DNA of 64,000 nt. Origin: Verrucomicrobiia bacterium (GTDB taxonomy: Bacteria > Verrucomicrobiota > Verrucomicrobiia > Palsa-1439). The notes under the pieces were generated by a model. The model was not told where the DNA came from, ran no database searches, and was given only the letters and a program-made list of their open reading frames with translations. Location of the stretch: NCBI GenBank assembly GCA_035541135.1, contig DATKNW010000043.1:17755-81754 (forward strand). The letters run 5' to 3'. Positions 9,534 through 17,934 of this stretch are shown here, piece by piece. The translations under genes were made by a program, and so were the position numbers. Numbering within the stretch: position 1 is the stretch's first letter; every line of letters starts with the position of its first letter.

Positions 9534-11077
9534 ATGCCGTTTCGCCCAACGCCGCCGCGCGGTCGACCAACTCTCCGCGCGCCCCGCTCCCTTCGCTCAG
9601 CGCCATGCTCTGGGTGATCCTGTTCCTCGGGCTGAGCTTCACCAGCGCCCGTGTCGTGATCGTCAGCGGCGACAGCGATCCGTCGCTGCATCGCCGGCTC
9701 GGCGAGTGGATGATCCAGCACCGGGCGATTGTCGGAGAGGACAACCTGCTTCACACATACCACGGCTCGGCTTCAACAATGGAATGGCTCAGCGAAGTCA
9801 TCATGGCCGCGCTTGGCAACTGGCTCGGCTGGAACGGTGTCGTGCTGCTGGCTGCGGCCCTCATCGCCACCTGTTTTTGGCTGCTGCACCGGCAACTGCT
9901 CGGCGAAGGCAGCGACCCGGTAACGGCGACCATTCTCGTGCTCGTGGCCATGCTCACCTGCTCGATGCACTGGCTGGCGCGACCGCTGTTGTTTACGCAC
10001 CTGATGACAGTCGTGTTCGCCTGGCAACTGCGCTGGTTTCAACGCGGCCGCGTCACGTCGCGACGGTTGTTCACGCTCCTTCCACCGTTGATGGCGCTGT
10101 GGGTGAATCTGCATGGCGGATTTCTCATGGGTCTGATCCTGATCGCCATGTACGCCGTCGGCGAAGTCGTTGATTCGTGGTCTCATCGCTCCTCGGTCGA
10201 ACGATTCAAACCGCTGGCCGCGCTGTTCGTGATCTGTTGCGCGGCGACCCTGGTCAACCCGGTCGGCTGGAGATTGCCGTGGGAGATTATGAGCTTTCTG
10301 AGGACCCCCGAACTGTCGACGCTGACCACGGAATTCCTGTCTCCGAATTTTCACACGGTGGGCATGCACGGCTTTCTGCTGCTCTTGTTGCTTCTGGCGG
10401 TCGGCTTGATTGTGATTCGCCCAAAAGCGACGGCGACCGACGTTGTCCTGATCGGCGGATGGGGTTATCTCGCGCTGCTCTCGGCACGAAATGTGCCCAT
10501 CTTCGCGCTCGTGGTGACACCGATACTCGGTCAGTGGTTTGCGGAATTCACGCGGGACGGTCAGGACCGTCTTTGGGTCCGCCGATACCGTGAATGGACG
10601 GAGAGAATGCCTGTCGCATCGCGGAGAATCGATGTCGCCATCATGCTCGCAACGATCATCGCCGCGCTGGCGGTCATGGCCAAGCCAGCGCTCGCCGGCG
10701 GCGCTCCGCTCATCGCCACCGATTATCCGTCCACCCGTTATCCCATGGCGGTCGTCGATTACCTTCGCGCGCACCCCGACGCGGTCCACGGTGAAATGTT
10801 CAACTACTTCCTCTGGGGCGGCTACATCGAATTCGCTCTTCCGTCGCGAAAACCGTTTATAGACAGCCGTCAGAATTGCTATGGCATCGATGTGTTCCAC
10901 GAATTTCGCACCGCCGACCAACCGAAGCCGGGATGGGAAGCCGTGTTCGCAAAGTATCATGTCGGCTGGACGATCCTGCCGGTGCAACATCCGCTCAATC
11001 GCATCCTGGAGCTCAGCCCCGGATGGACCCGCGTGTACTCGGACCGGCTAACGCTCGTATTCTCGCGTGTGTCATGA
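9518..11077 (+). CDS. Tandem paralog 2 of the same membrane protein family.
   Basis: The loop reads SGDSDPSLHRRLGEWM...EWLSE and the C-terminus reads ...SPGWTRVYSDRLTLVFSRVS. The probable TTG start at 9518 overlaps paralog 1 by 16 nt. Confidence 0.6.
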   Translation: MPTTVNAVSPNAAARSTNSPRAPLPSLSAMLWVILFLGLSFTSARVVIVSGDSDPSLHRRLGEWMIQHRAIVGEDNLLHTYHGSASTMEWLSEVIMAALGNWLGWNGVVLLAAALIATCFWLLHRQLLGEGSDPVTATILVLVAMLTCSMHWLARPLLFTHLMTVVFAWQLRWFQRGRVTSRRLFTLLPPLMALWVNLHGGFLMGLILIAMYAVGEVVDSWSHRSSVERFKPLAALFVICCAATLVNPVGWRLPWEIMSFLRTPELSTLTTEFLSPNFHTVGMHGFLLLLLLLAVGLIVIRPKATATDVVLIGGWGYLALLSARNVPIFALVVTPILGQWFAEFTRDGQDRLWVRRYREWTERMPVASRRIDVAIMLATIIAALAVMAKPALAGGAPLIATDYPSTRYPMAVVDYLRAHPDAVHGEMFNYFLWGGYIEFALPSRKPFIDSRQNCYGIDVFHEFRTADQPKPGWEAVFAKYHVGWTILPVQHPLNRILELSPGWTRVYSDRLTLVFSRVS

Positions 11078-12636
11078 TCGACGCCACCCGCCATGAGTTG
11101 CCCGCCGAGCCACATCGCTGGTGGCTGCCATCGCTGAGCCAGTTCATCTGGGTCGTACTGTTTCTCAGCATCATGCTGACGGACTGGCGACAGACGCTCA
11201 TCAACGCGGATGGCGACCCGTGCTGGCATTGGCGGCTCGGCCAGTGGATGATCGAGCATCGCGCCATTATTCGCAGCGATGTGTTCTCCCACACGCAGCC
11301 CGGCGCCCTGATCGTCACGAAGGAGTGGCTGAGCGAGGTGATCTTCGCCGCTGCGGGAAATGCTCTGGGCTGGAACGGCGTTGTGCTTGTCGCCGCCGTG
11401 TTGATTGCCACGACGCTGGCGCTCTTGCACCGCCAACTGGTGGCTGAGGGAAACGATATCGTCGCATCCACGTTCGCCGTCCTGCTGGCCGGCGTGGCCT
11501 GCATGGTTCACTGGCTGGCGCGACCGCATTTGTTCACGCTGCTGCTCGTGGTCATCTTCGCCTGGCAATTGCGATGGTACGACCGCGGTCGAATCAGCGC
11601 GCGCCAATTGTGGATCCGTCTCGTGCCGCTGACGGCGTTGTGGGCCAATCTTCACGGGGGTTTTCTCACGGCTTTTGTGCTGATTGACATTCACTTCGTC
11701 GGCAACTACCTGCGCATCAAAAACACCGACGCTCCGGCCCGAGCGGCGGTGCGCAACAAATTGATCGTGCTCGCCGCTCTTGCCGTCGCCTGCGCGCTGG
11801 CGACGCTGCTGAATCCAAACGGCTGGAAGCTGCACCGGTATCTCATCAGTTTTCTGTCGGTGGCGAACCGATCGCGTTTCACGAGCGAGTGGAGTTCCGC
11901 CAATTTCCACTTCAGCGGACTGCGCGGCTTTGAATGGCAACTGTTGCTTTTGGGATTTTTGCTGATCGTGGTGAGGCGGCCATGGGCGGCCACCGATCTT
12001 CTGCTTGTGGGGGTTTGGCTGTGGTCGGCACTGTACGCGATGCGCAACGTGCCCATCTTCGCGCTGATCGTGACGCCGGCTTTCGCCGAGCATTTGTCGG
12101 CGGCGTTTCGGGAAGCCCGCAACACGATGTGGGGGCGCCGGCTCTGGGAGCTTTCAGAGGACGTGAGCGCGGTGAACCGAGCCTCGGGCGGCGGCGGTCT
12201 GATTGCCGCGGTCATGATCGTGATGATTATCGTCGTGGCCAGGCCGGTGATTGCGAATGGCGCGCCGTTGCTCGAAACGCGGATTTCGTCGCGTCGATTC
12301 CCGTGCGAGAGCGTTGATTATCTGCGCGCGCACCCGCAGATCGTGCACGGCGGAATGTTCAACGAGGACGGCTGGGGCGGATACTTTCTGCTTTATTTGC
12401 CGGAACGGAAGGTCTTCATCGACGGACGCGACGATTTTTATCCCGAGGCATTCTTGCAGGAGTTTACGGAGGTCTCTCACCTGCGGCCCGCTTGGGAAAC
12501 CGTGCTGGCAAAGTATCGCGTCGGCTGGACGATCCTGCCGGCGCAGCATCCGCTCAATCGAATCATGGAACTCAGCCCCGGCTGGACCCGCGTGTACTCC
12601 GACCGGTTGACGCTTATATTCTCGCGCGTGTCATGA
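11074..12636 (+). CDS. Tandem paralog 3 of the same membrane protein family.
   Basis: The ATG at 11074 overlaps the stop of paralog 2 (ATGA). The N-terminus MIDATRHELPAEPHRWWLPSLSQ is nearly identical to the start of paralog 4. The loop reads NADGDPCWHW. Confidence 0.7.
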   Translation: MIDATRHELPAEPHRWWLPSLSQFIWVVLFLSIMLTDWRQTLINADGDPCWHWRLGQWMIEHRAIIRSDVFSHTQPGALIVTKEWLSEVIFAAAGNALGWNGVVLVAAVLIATTLALLHRQLVAEGNDIVASTFAVLLAGVACMVHWLARPHLFTLLLVVIFAWQLRWYDRGRISARQLWIRLVPLTALWANLHGGFLTAFVLIDIHFVGNYLRIKNTDAPARAAVRNKLIVLAALAVACALATLLNPNGWKLHRYLISFLSVANRSRFTSEWSSANFHFSGLRGFEWQLLLLGFLLIVVRRPWAATDLLLVGVWLWSALYAMRNVPIFALIVTPAFAEHLSAAFREARNTMWGRRLWELSEDVSAVNRASGGGGLIAAVMIVMIIVVARPVIANGAPLLETRISSRRFPCESVDYLRAHPQIVHGGMFNEDGWGGYFLLYLPERKVFIDGRDDFYPEAFLQEFTEVSHLRPAWETVLAKYRVGWTILPAQHPLNRIMELSPGWTRVYSDRLTLIFSRVS

Positions 12637-14195
12637 GCGACGCCATCCAGCACGAACCGTCCGCCGAACCGCGTCGATGGTGGCTGCCATCGGTCAGCAC
12701 GATGATCTGGTTGGTGTTCTTCCTCGCGATCATCTTCTCGCCGAACCGCGCGATGCTGGTGGCTTCCGATAGCGACCCGTGCTGGCACTGGCAACAGGGC
12801 AACTGGATGCTCGAGCACCACGCCGTGCTGCGGACCGAAATATTCTCCCACACGCGACCCGGCGCGCCGCTGGTGGATCTGTGGTGGCTGAGCGAGATCG
12901 TGACCGCCGTTGCCGGCAATCTGCTCGGGTGGAACGGCATTGTGCTCGTGACCGCGGCGCTATGCGCCACATCGGTGTGGCTGCTGCACCGGCAACTGCT
13001 AGCCGAGGAGAACGAAATCGTGTTGTCCACCGTGCTTACGCTTCTCGCCGCGAGCGCGTGCGCGATTCATTGGCTGGCCCGGCCGCACCTGGCCACGATC
13101 CTCCTCTTCATCGCGTTTGCCGGGCAATTGCGATGGTTCGCGCGGGGACGGACGACGGCGGGCAAATTGATGGTCTTGCTGCCTGTATTAACGGCGCTCT
13201 GGGCCAATTTGCATGGCGCGTTCGTGTTTGCGTTCGTGTTGATTGGCGTCTACTGGCTCGGCGCGGTTGTAAGTTGGATGATCGCGCCACAGGACCGACG
13301 GCCCGGATTCCGTCATCAAGTGGCTCTTCTAACCGGGCTGGGGTTGGCTTGCCTTCTGGCTTCGTTAGTCAGTCCGAACGGCTGGCGACTCCCTCTGCAG
13401 GTTTTTCATTATACGAGAAGCCCGTTGCTGATGGGTCTGGCCGTGGAATATCTCCCACCCAATTTTCATGATCCGGGAAATCTGCCGCTGCTTCTGATTT
13501 TCGCGTTGGTGCTCTCAGTGCTGGCGGTCGCGTGGCCGCGGCTGACCGCGACAGATGGTCTGTTGTTGGTTGTCTGGGCGGTGCTGGCGCTGCGGATGGC
13601 GCGGAACGGGCCGCTGTTTGCGCTCGCGGCCACGCCGATTCTTGCGGAGCATTGGAACGCGTATCTGCGCGCGGCCTCACCGTCTCGCGCGATGCAACGG
13701 TACCGGGCGCTGTCGGCGGGTCTGACGTCGGCCAATCGGATGGCGGGGGCTCGCGGACTGCCGGCGCTGGCGGTGCTGGCTATCGCGTTGGTCATGGCCA
13801 AGCCGCAACTTCTCGGCGGCCGGCCCCTGTTGGCCACCGAACTTCCTCCGCAACGGTTTCCCGTTGCCGCCGTCGAATTCCTCCACCGCTCGCCGGACGC
13901 GGTCCATGGCGAGATGTTCAACGAATACACGTGGGGCGGCTATCTCATCTGGGCGTTGCCGGAGCGGAAGGTGTTTATTCATCCCAACCTCGATGTTTAT
14001 GGAGAAGGGTTGGTGAGGGAGTTCGTCGAGGTGAACGAGGCGACAAATGATTGGGAAGGCATCCTGAAGAAATACAACGTCGGTTGGACGATCCTTCCGA
14101 CGGACCACCGCTTGAGTCGTCTTCTGGCGAAGCGCGCGGACTGGAAACTCGTGTACGCCGATTCCGTCGCGGCGATTTACGGGAGGACGCCATGA
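12633..14195 (+). CDS. Tandem paralog 4 of the same membrane protein family.
   Basis: The ATG at 12633 overlaps the stop of paralog 3 (ATGA). The N-terminus is MSDAIQHEPSAEPRRWWLPSVST and the loop reads SDSDPCWHW. Confidence 0.7.
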   Translation: MSDAIQHEPSAEPRRWWLPSVSTMIWLVFFLAIIFSPNRAMLVASDSDPCWHWQQGNWMLEHHAVLRTEIFSHTRPGAPLVDLWWLSEIVTAVAGNLLGWNGIVLVTAALCATSVWLLHRQLLAEENEIVLSTVLTLLAASACAIHWLARPHLATILLFIAFAGQLRWFARGRTTAGKLMVLLPVLTALWANLHGAFVFAFVLIGVYWLGAVVSWMIAPQDRRPGFRHQVALLTGLGLACLLASLVSPNGWRLPLQVFHYTRSPLLMGLAVEYLPPNFHDPGNLPLLLIFALVLSVLAVAWPRLTATDGLLLVVWAVLALRMARNGPLFALAATPILAEHWNAYLRAASPSRAMQRYRALSAGLTSANRMAGARGLPALAVLAIALVMAKPQLLGGRPLLATELPPQRFPVAAVEFLHRSPDAVHGEMFNEYTWGGYLIWALPERKVFIHPNLDVYGEGLVREFVEVNEATNDWEGILKKYNVGWTILPTDHRLSRLLAKRADWKLVYADSVAAIYGRTP

Positions 14196-15724
14196 ACCCG
14201 CGTTATCGCTGGCTGCCAACCATCGGACTGTCACTGTGGCTCGTCTTTGTCTTGGGCCTGACACTCTCGCCCTGGCGGTTGGTGATGATCAATGCCGATG
14301 GCGATACGTGCCTGCACCGGCAGATCGGCAACTGGATGATTCAGCATCGGGCGATTATGCGGGCGGACCCGTTTTCCCACACGCACGCCAGCGCACCGAT
14401 TGTGACGATGGAATGGCTGAGCGAATTGGCGTTCGCCATCGCGGGCAATGCACTCGGTTGGAACGGCGTTACGCTGCTGTCAGCGATGATGATCGCTGCG
14501 AGCCTGTGGATCCTGCAACGCCAGATGCTCTCCGAAGGATCAGATGTGATTGTGGCGACGGCACTGGCACTGTTGGCTGGCGACGCCTGCTCGATGCACT
14601 GGCTGGCGCGTCCACACGTGGTCTCATTCGTGTTCCTGGCCTGGTTCGGCTGGCAGTTGCATGCCTTCGAGCGTGGCGCGATCAGCCCGCGACAATTATT
14701 GGTGCGGCTGATTCCGCTGACGGTGTTGTGGGTCAACCTGCACGCCGGATTCCTCACCGGACTCATGCTGATCGGCGTCTGTTTTGCGGGGGCGGCGGTC
14801 GGGCTTTTCGTCGACGCTGACGAACACCGGGCCGCGGCTCGGCGCAACATGCAAACGCTGGCGCTGGCAGGGTTCGGTTGCTGCCTGGCCTCGCTGGCCA
14901 ACCCGAACGGCTGGGGATTGTACCGTTATCTGGGGAACTTTTTTCAACACTCCTCCCTCGTCGGCTTCATCAGCGAGTTTCGCTCACCGAGTTTTCATTC
15001 TCCGAGCACGAATGGATTTACGTTGCTGCTGGCCGCACTGGCTCTGACGCTCATCGTGGCGCGCCCCCGCCTCCGGCCCACGGAACTTCTGCTCATCGGC
15101 TGGAGCGGCTTTCTCGCCCTGCGCTGGGTCCGCAACATCCCGCTGTTTGCGATTGTGGTGACACCGATCATGGGCCGGCACCTGTCGGCGGCGTTACCAG
15201 AACTACGGGGTCGATGGGCCGAGCGCTATCGGAGAATCTGCGACGATCTTGGCCGGCTGAACCGGGCCGCCGATGGCCGCTGGCTGGCCGGCGTGGCGCT
15301 GGTTGCGCTCGTTGTCGCCTTCGCCAAACCGCATCTCGTCGGCGGGGCGCCCCTGGTCGAGACCGATCTGCTGACCAACCGGTTTCCCGTGGCGGCGGTG
15401 AATTTCGTTCGGCAGAATCCCGGCGCGGTGTCGCGGGAAATGTTCAACGATTACGGCTGGGGCGGCTACCTCGACCTCGCCCTGCCCGAGCACAAGGTCT
15501 TTGTGGACGGGCGTAACGATTTCTTCGGATTGGCCGTGATCCAGGACTTCGACGACGTCAACAAGGTGCGGCCCGACTGGGATGCTGTCTTGCGGAAGCA
15601 TCAGGTCGGCTGGACGATTCTGCCGCAGGCGCATCCGCTGAACGCGCTGCTGTCGCTGGAGACGAACTGGACCCTCGCCTATGCCGATGACGTGGCCGTC
15701 ATCTACACCCGCAAACTGGAGTGA
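14192..15724 (+). CDS. Tandem paralog 5 of the same membrane protein family.
   Basis: The ATG at 14192 overlaps the stop of paralog 4 (ATGA) and is preceded by GGGAGG. The loop reads NADGDTCLHR...MEWLSE. Confidence 0.7.
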   Translation: MNPRYRWLPTIGLSLWLVFVLGLTLSPWRLVMINADGDTCLHRQIGNWMIQHRAIMRADPFSHTHASAPIVTMEWLSELAFAIAGNALGWNGVTLLSAMMIAASLWILQRQMLSEGSDVIVATALALLAGDACSMHWLARPHVVSFVFLAWFGWQLHAFERGAISPRQLLVRLIPLTVLWVNLHAGFLTGLMLIGVCFAGAAVGLFVDADEHRAAARRNMQTLALAGFGCCLASLANPNGWGLYRYLGNFFQHSSLVGFISEFRSPSFHSPSTNGFTLLLAALALTLIVARPRLRPTELLLIGWSGFLALRWVRNIPLFAIVVTPIMGRHLSAALPELRGRWAERYRRICDDLGRLNRAADGRWLAGVALVALVVAFAKPHLVGGAPLVETDLLTNRFPVAAVNFVRQNPGAVSREMFNDYGWGGYLDLALPEHKVFVDGRNDFFGLAVIQDFDDVNKVRPDWDAVLRKHQVGWTILPQAHPLNALLSLETNWTLAYADDVAVIYTRKLE

Positions 15725-15731
15725 GCGAACG

Positions 15732-17129
15732 TCAGCGGACGAAATCGGGATCGATGTCGTACTTCTTGAGCTTGGCGTAGAGCGTGGTCCGGCTGATCTG
15801 GAGGATTTCCGCGGTGCGCTTGATGTTGCCACCGTATTGGCGAAGCGCGTTCACGAGGATTTGCTTTTCGGGTTCGCCCAGTTGATCCGACAATGCCGAC
15901 GAAGCGGTCGCGGCTGCGGGTTTGGCTTCCGTGATTCGTCGGGGTAGGTCGGGGCTGTCGATCAGCGATGACTTGGCCAGCACGACGGCCTGCAGGACGA
16001 CGTTTTCGAGCTCGCGGACATTGCCCGGCCAGTTGTATCCGCACAGGACGCTGATCGAATTGTCGCTGAACCCGTGCAGATCCTTGCCGTTCTGCCGCGC
16101 GAACCGCCGCAGAAACTCCATCGCGAGCAGCGGGACGTCCTCGGGGCGCTCTCGCAACGGCGGCAGGTCGATCTGCACCACGTTCAGACGGTGATACAAA
16201 TCGTCGCGGAACGATCCATCGGTGACCACGGCTTCCAAGGGCCGATTCGTCGCCGCAATGATGCGGACGTCGATCGAGATCGGTTTGGAACCACCCACCC
16301 GCTCGAACGTCCGCGTTTGCAAAACGCGCAGCAATTTCGCCTGGACATTGAGGTTGATGTTCGCAACCTCATCCAGGAAGAGCGTCCCGGTGTTGGCACG
16401 CTCGAACCGGCCGACATGCCGATCCACCGCGCCGGTAAATGCGCCACGCTCGTGCCCAAACAATTCGCTTTCCAAAAGTTCGCGGGCCAACGCGCTGCAA
16501 TCCAGGGTGACGAATGGTTTGCCGTGTCGACCGCTGGCCTCGTGTATGGCGCGGGCGACCAGTTCCTTGCCCGTGCCCGTCTCGCCGTGGATCAGCACAT
16601 TCGCGCTGCTATCGGCGATCGTTTGGATCAGCTCGAAAATCTCCCGCATCTGGCTGTTCTGGCTGATGATCCCGTAGAAGCCCTGCACCGATACCCCCAG
16701 CATTCCTCTTCCCCGGGCATCCGCCCCCGCTGTTCCCCTCACGAGCGTCCCCATCTCCATCACCGCCTGGCCCACCCGCTCCCGCAACCTCCCGAGCGCG
16801 GCCGCGTCCGTCCCCTTCTCCAAATAGTCATACACCCCCAACTTCGTTGCCCGCACCGCCTGCTCCACCGTCGCCCGCCCCGTGTGCACGATCAACGCCG
16901 CCTCGCCGTGTACCTGCCGCATCTGCTCCAACAACGCCACCCCATCCACCCCGGGCATATTATTGATATCCGCGATGACCACGTTCACATTCCGCGCGTC
17001 CAACAACAACATCGCGTCCTCCACCGTGTTCGCCGAAAACACTTCGAAATCATCCCGCATCAACAGCTCCGACAACCTCAGCGTCCACGGTACCTCGTGG
17101 TCAACCACCAGAATTTTCGCCCTTGCCAT
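15732..17129 (-). CDS. Sigma-54-dependent Fis-family response regulator (NtrC-type enhancer-binding protein).
   Basis: Three domains are recognisable. The N-terminus is a receiver domain (VVIADINNMPGVDG). The centre is an AAA+ sigma-54 activation domain containing GETGTGKE, the GAFTGA loop and the DVRIIAATN arginine-finger region. The C-terminus is a Fis-type HTH (RTAEILQISRTTLYAKLKKY). No adjacent histidine kinase was found. Confidence 0.9.
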   Translation of the reverse strand: MARAKILVVDHEVPWTLRLSELLMRDDFEVFSANTVEDAMLLLDARNVNVVIADINNMPGVDGVALLEQMRQVHGEAALIVHTGRATVEQAVRATKLGVYDYLEKGTDAAALGRLRERVGQAVMEMGTLVRGTAGADARGRGMLGVSVQGFYGIISQNSQMREIFELIQTIADSSANVLIHGETGTGKELVARAIHEASGRHGKPFVTLDCSALARELLESELFGHERGAFTGAVDRHVGRFERANTGTLFLDEVANINLNVQAKLLRVLQTRTFERVGGSKPISIDVRIIAATNRPLEAVVTDGSFRDDLYHRLNVVQIDLPPLRERPEDVPLLAMEFLRRFARQNGKDLHGFSDNSISVLCGYNWPGNVRELENVVLQAVVLAKSSLIDSPDLPRRITEAKPAAATASSALSDQLGEPEKQILVNALRQYGGNIKRTAEILQISRTTLYAKLKKYDIDPDFVR

Positions 17130-17431
17130 GTCCAGTCCTCACTCCCGACATGTAAACGGCCAAGACACACACTGTCTGTTCAATCTGGGTGACATGTACA
17201 CCTTCTCTCCATCTTTAAGCAACTCCCGAGCCAGAAAAAAGTTGCCAACTTCCTTTCCGCAATATCGGGTGAACATGTCAAACTAACCACCAAAATCAAA
17301 TTCTGTCTAGCCCGCTCGATCAGGCAACCATGGCCCTTTTAACATGCCAAACCACTCTGCTGTACATGTCAGAATTGCCTCCACCACCATAGCAAACGGG
17401 GGTTTCGCCCGATTGCCTCTTCCCCGCCCGC

Positions 17432-17713
17432 TCACAAGAACCCCATCTGATAATCCTCGACCACCAAGTCCCGCGATTCCTCAATCAAGTCCTCCACTTT
17501 CGACAACACCTGATTCGCAAACCGCCGATCATTGCTCACCACCGCTACCGCCAACACCCCGCTCTGCCACTGATCATTGTCTCCTACCTCCGCCACCGAC
17601 ACGTTGAACTCCTTGCGAATACGGTCCTTAAGACTCCTCAACACCATCCGCTTCGCCTTCAAACTGTCCGCGCCCGGTACGCTGATTTCAACCTGTAGAA
17701 TTCCCACAACCAT
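17432..17713 (-). CDS. DUF503 family protein.
   Basis: 93-aa product MVVGILQVEISVPGADSLKAKRMVLRSLKDRIRKEFNVSVAEVGD..., matching the conserved small cytoplasmic DUF503/YlxP-like fold. It lies directly upstream of the regulator on the same strand. Confidence 0.65.
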   Translation of the reverse strand: MVVGILQVEISVPGADSLKAKRMVLRSLKDRIRKEFNVSVAEVGDNDQWQSGVLAVAVVSNDRRFANQVLSKVEDLIEESRDLVVEDYQMGFL

Positions 17714-17934
17714 GTCGCCCTCCGCGTCAGTCTTCGATCACATCTCCCTCTTATACTGGTAATTACAGCGGCCAGTCAAACCCGCTGAATACCGACGGAG
17801 GTGCCAGCTACAACTGCCGCCCGCGCACCATCGCCTCTTCGCCGAGAACGACCTGCGCCGCGGAGCCGCAACGGAGCTGTTCCGTGGGCATTCTCGGTTG
17901 TTCGCCGAACAGCTTTGTGGTTGAATTTGATCAC

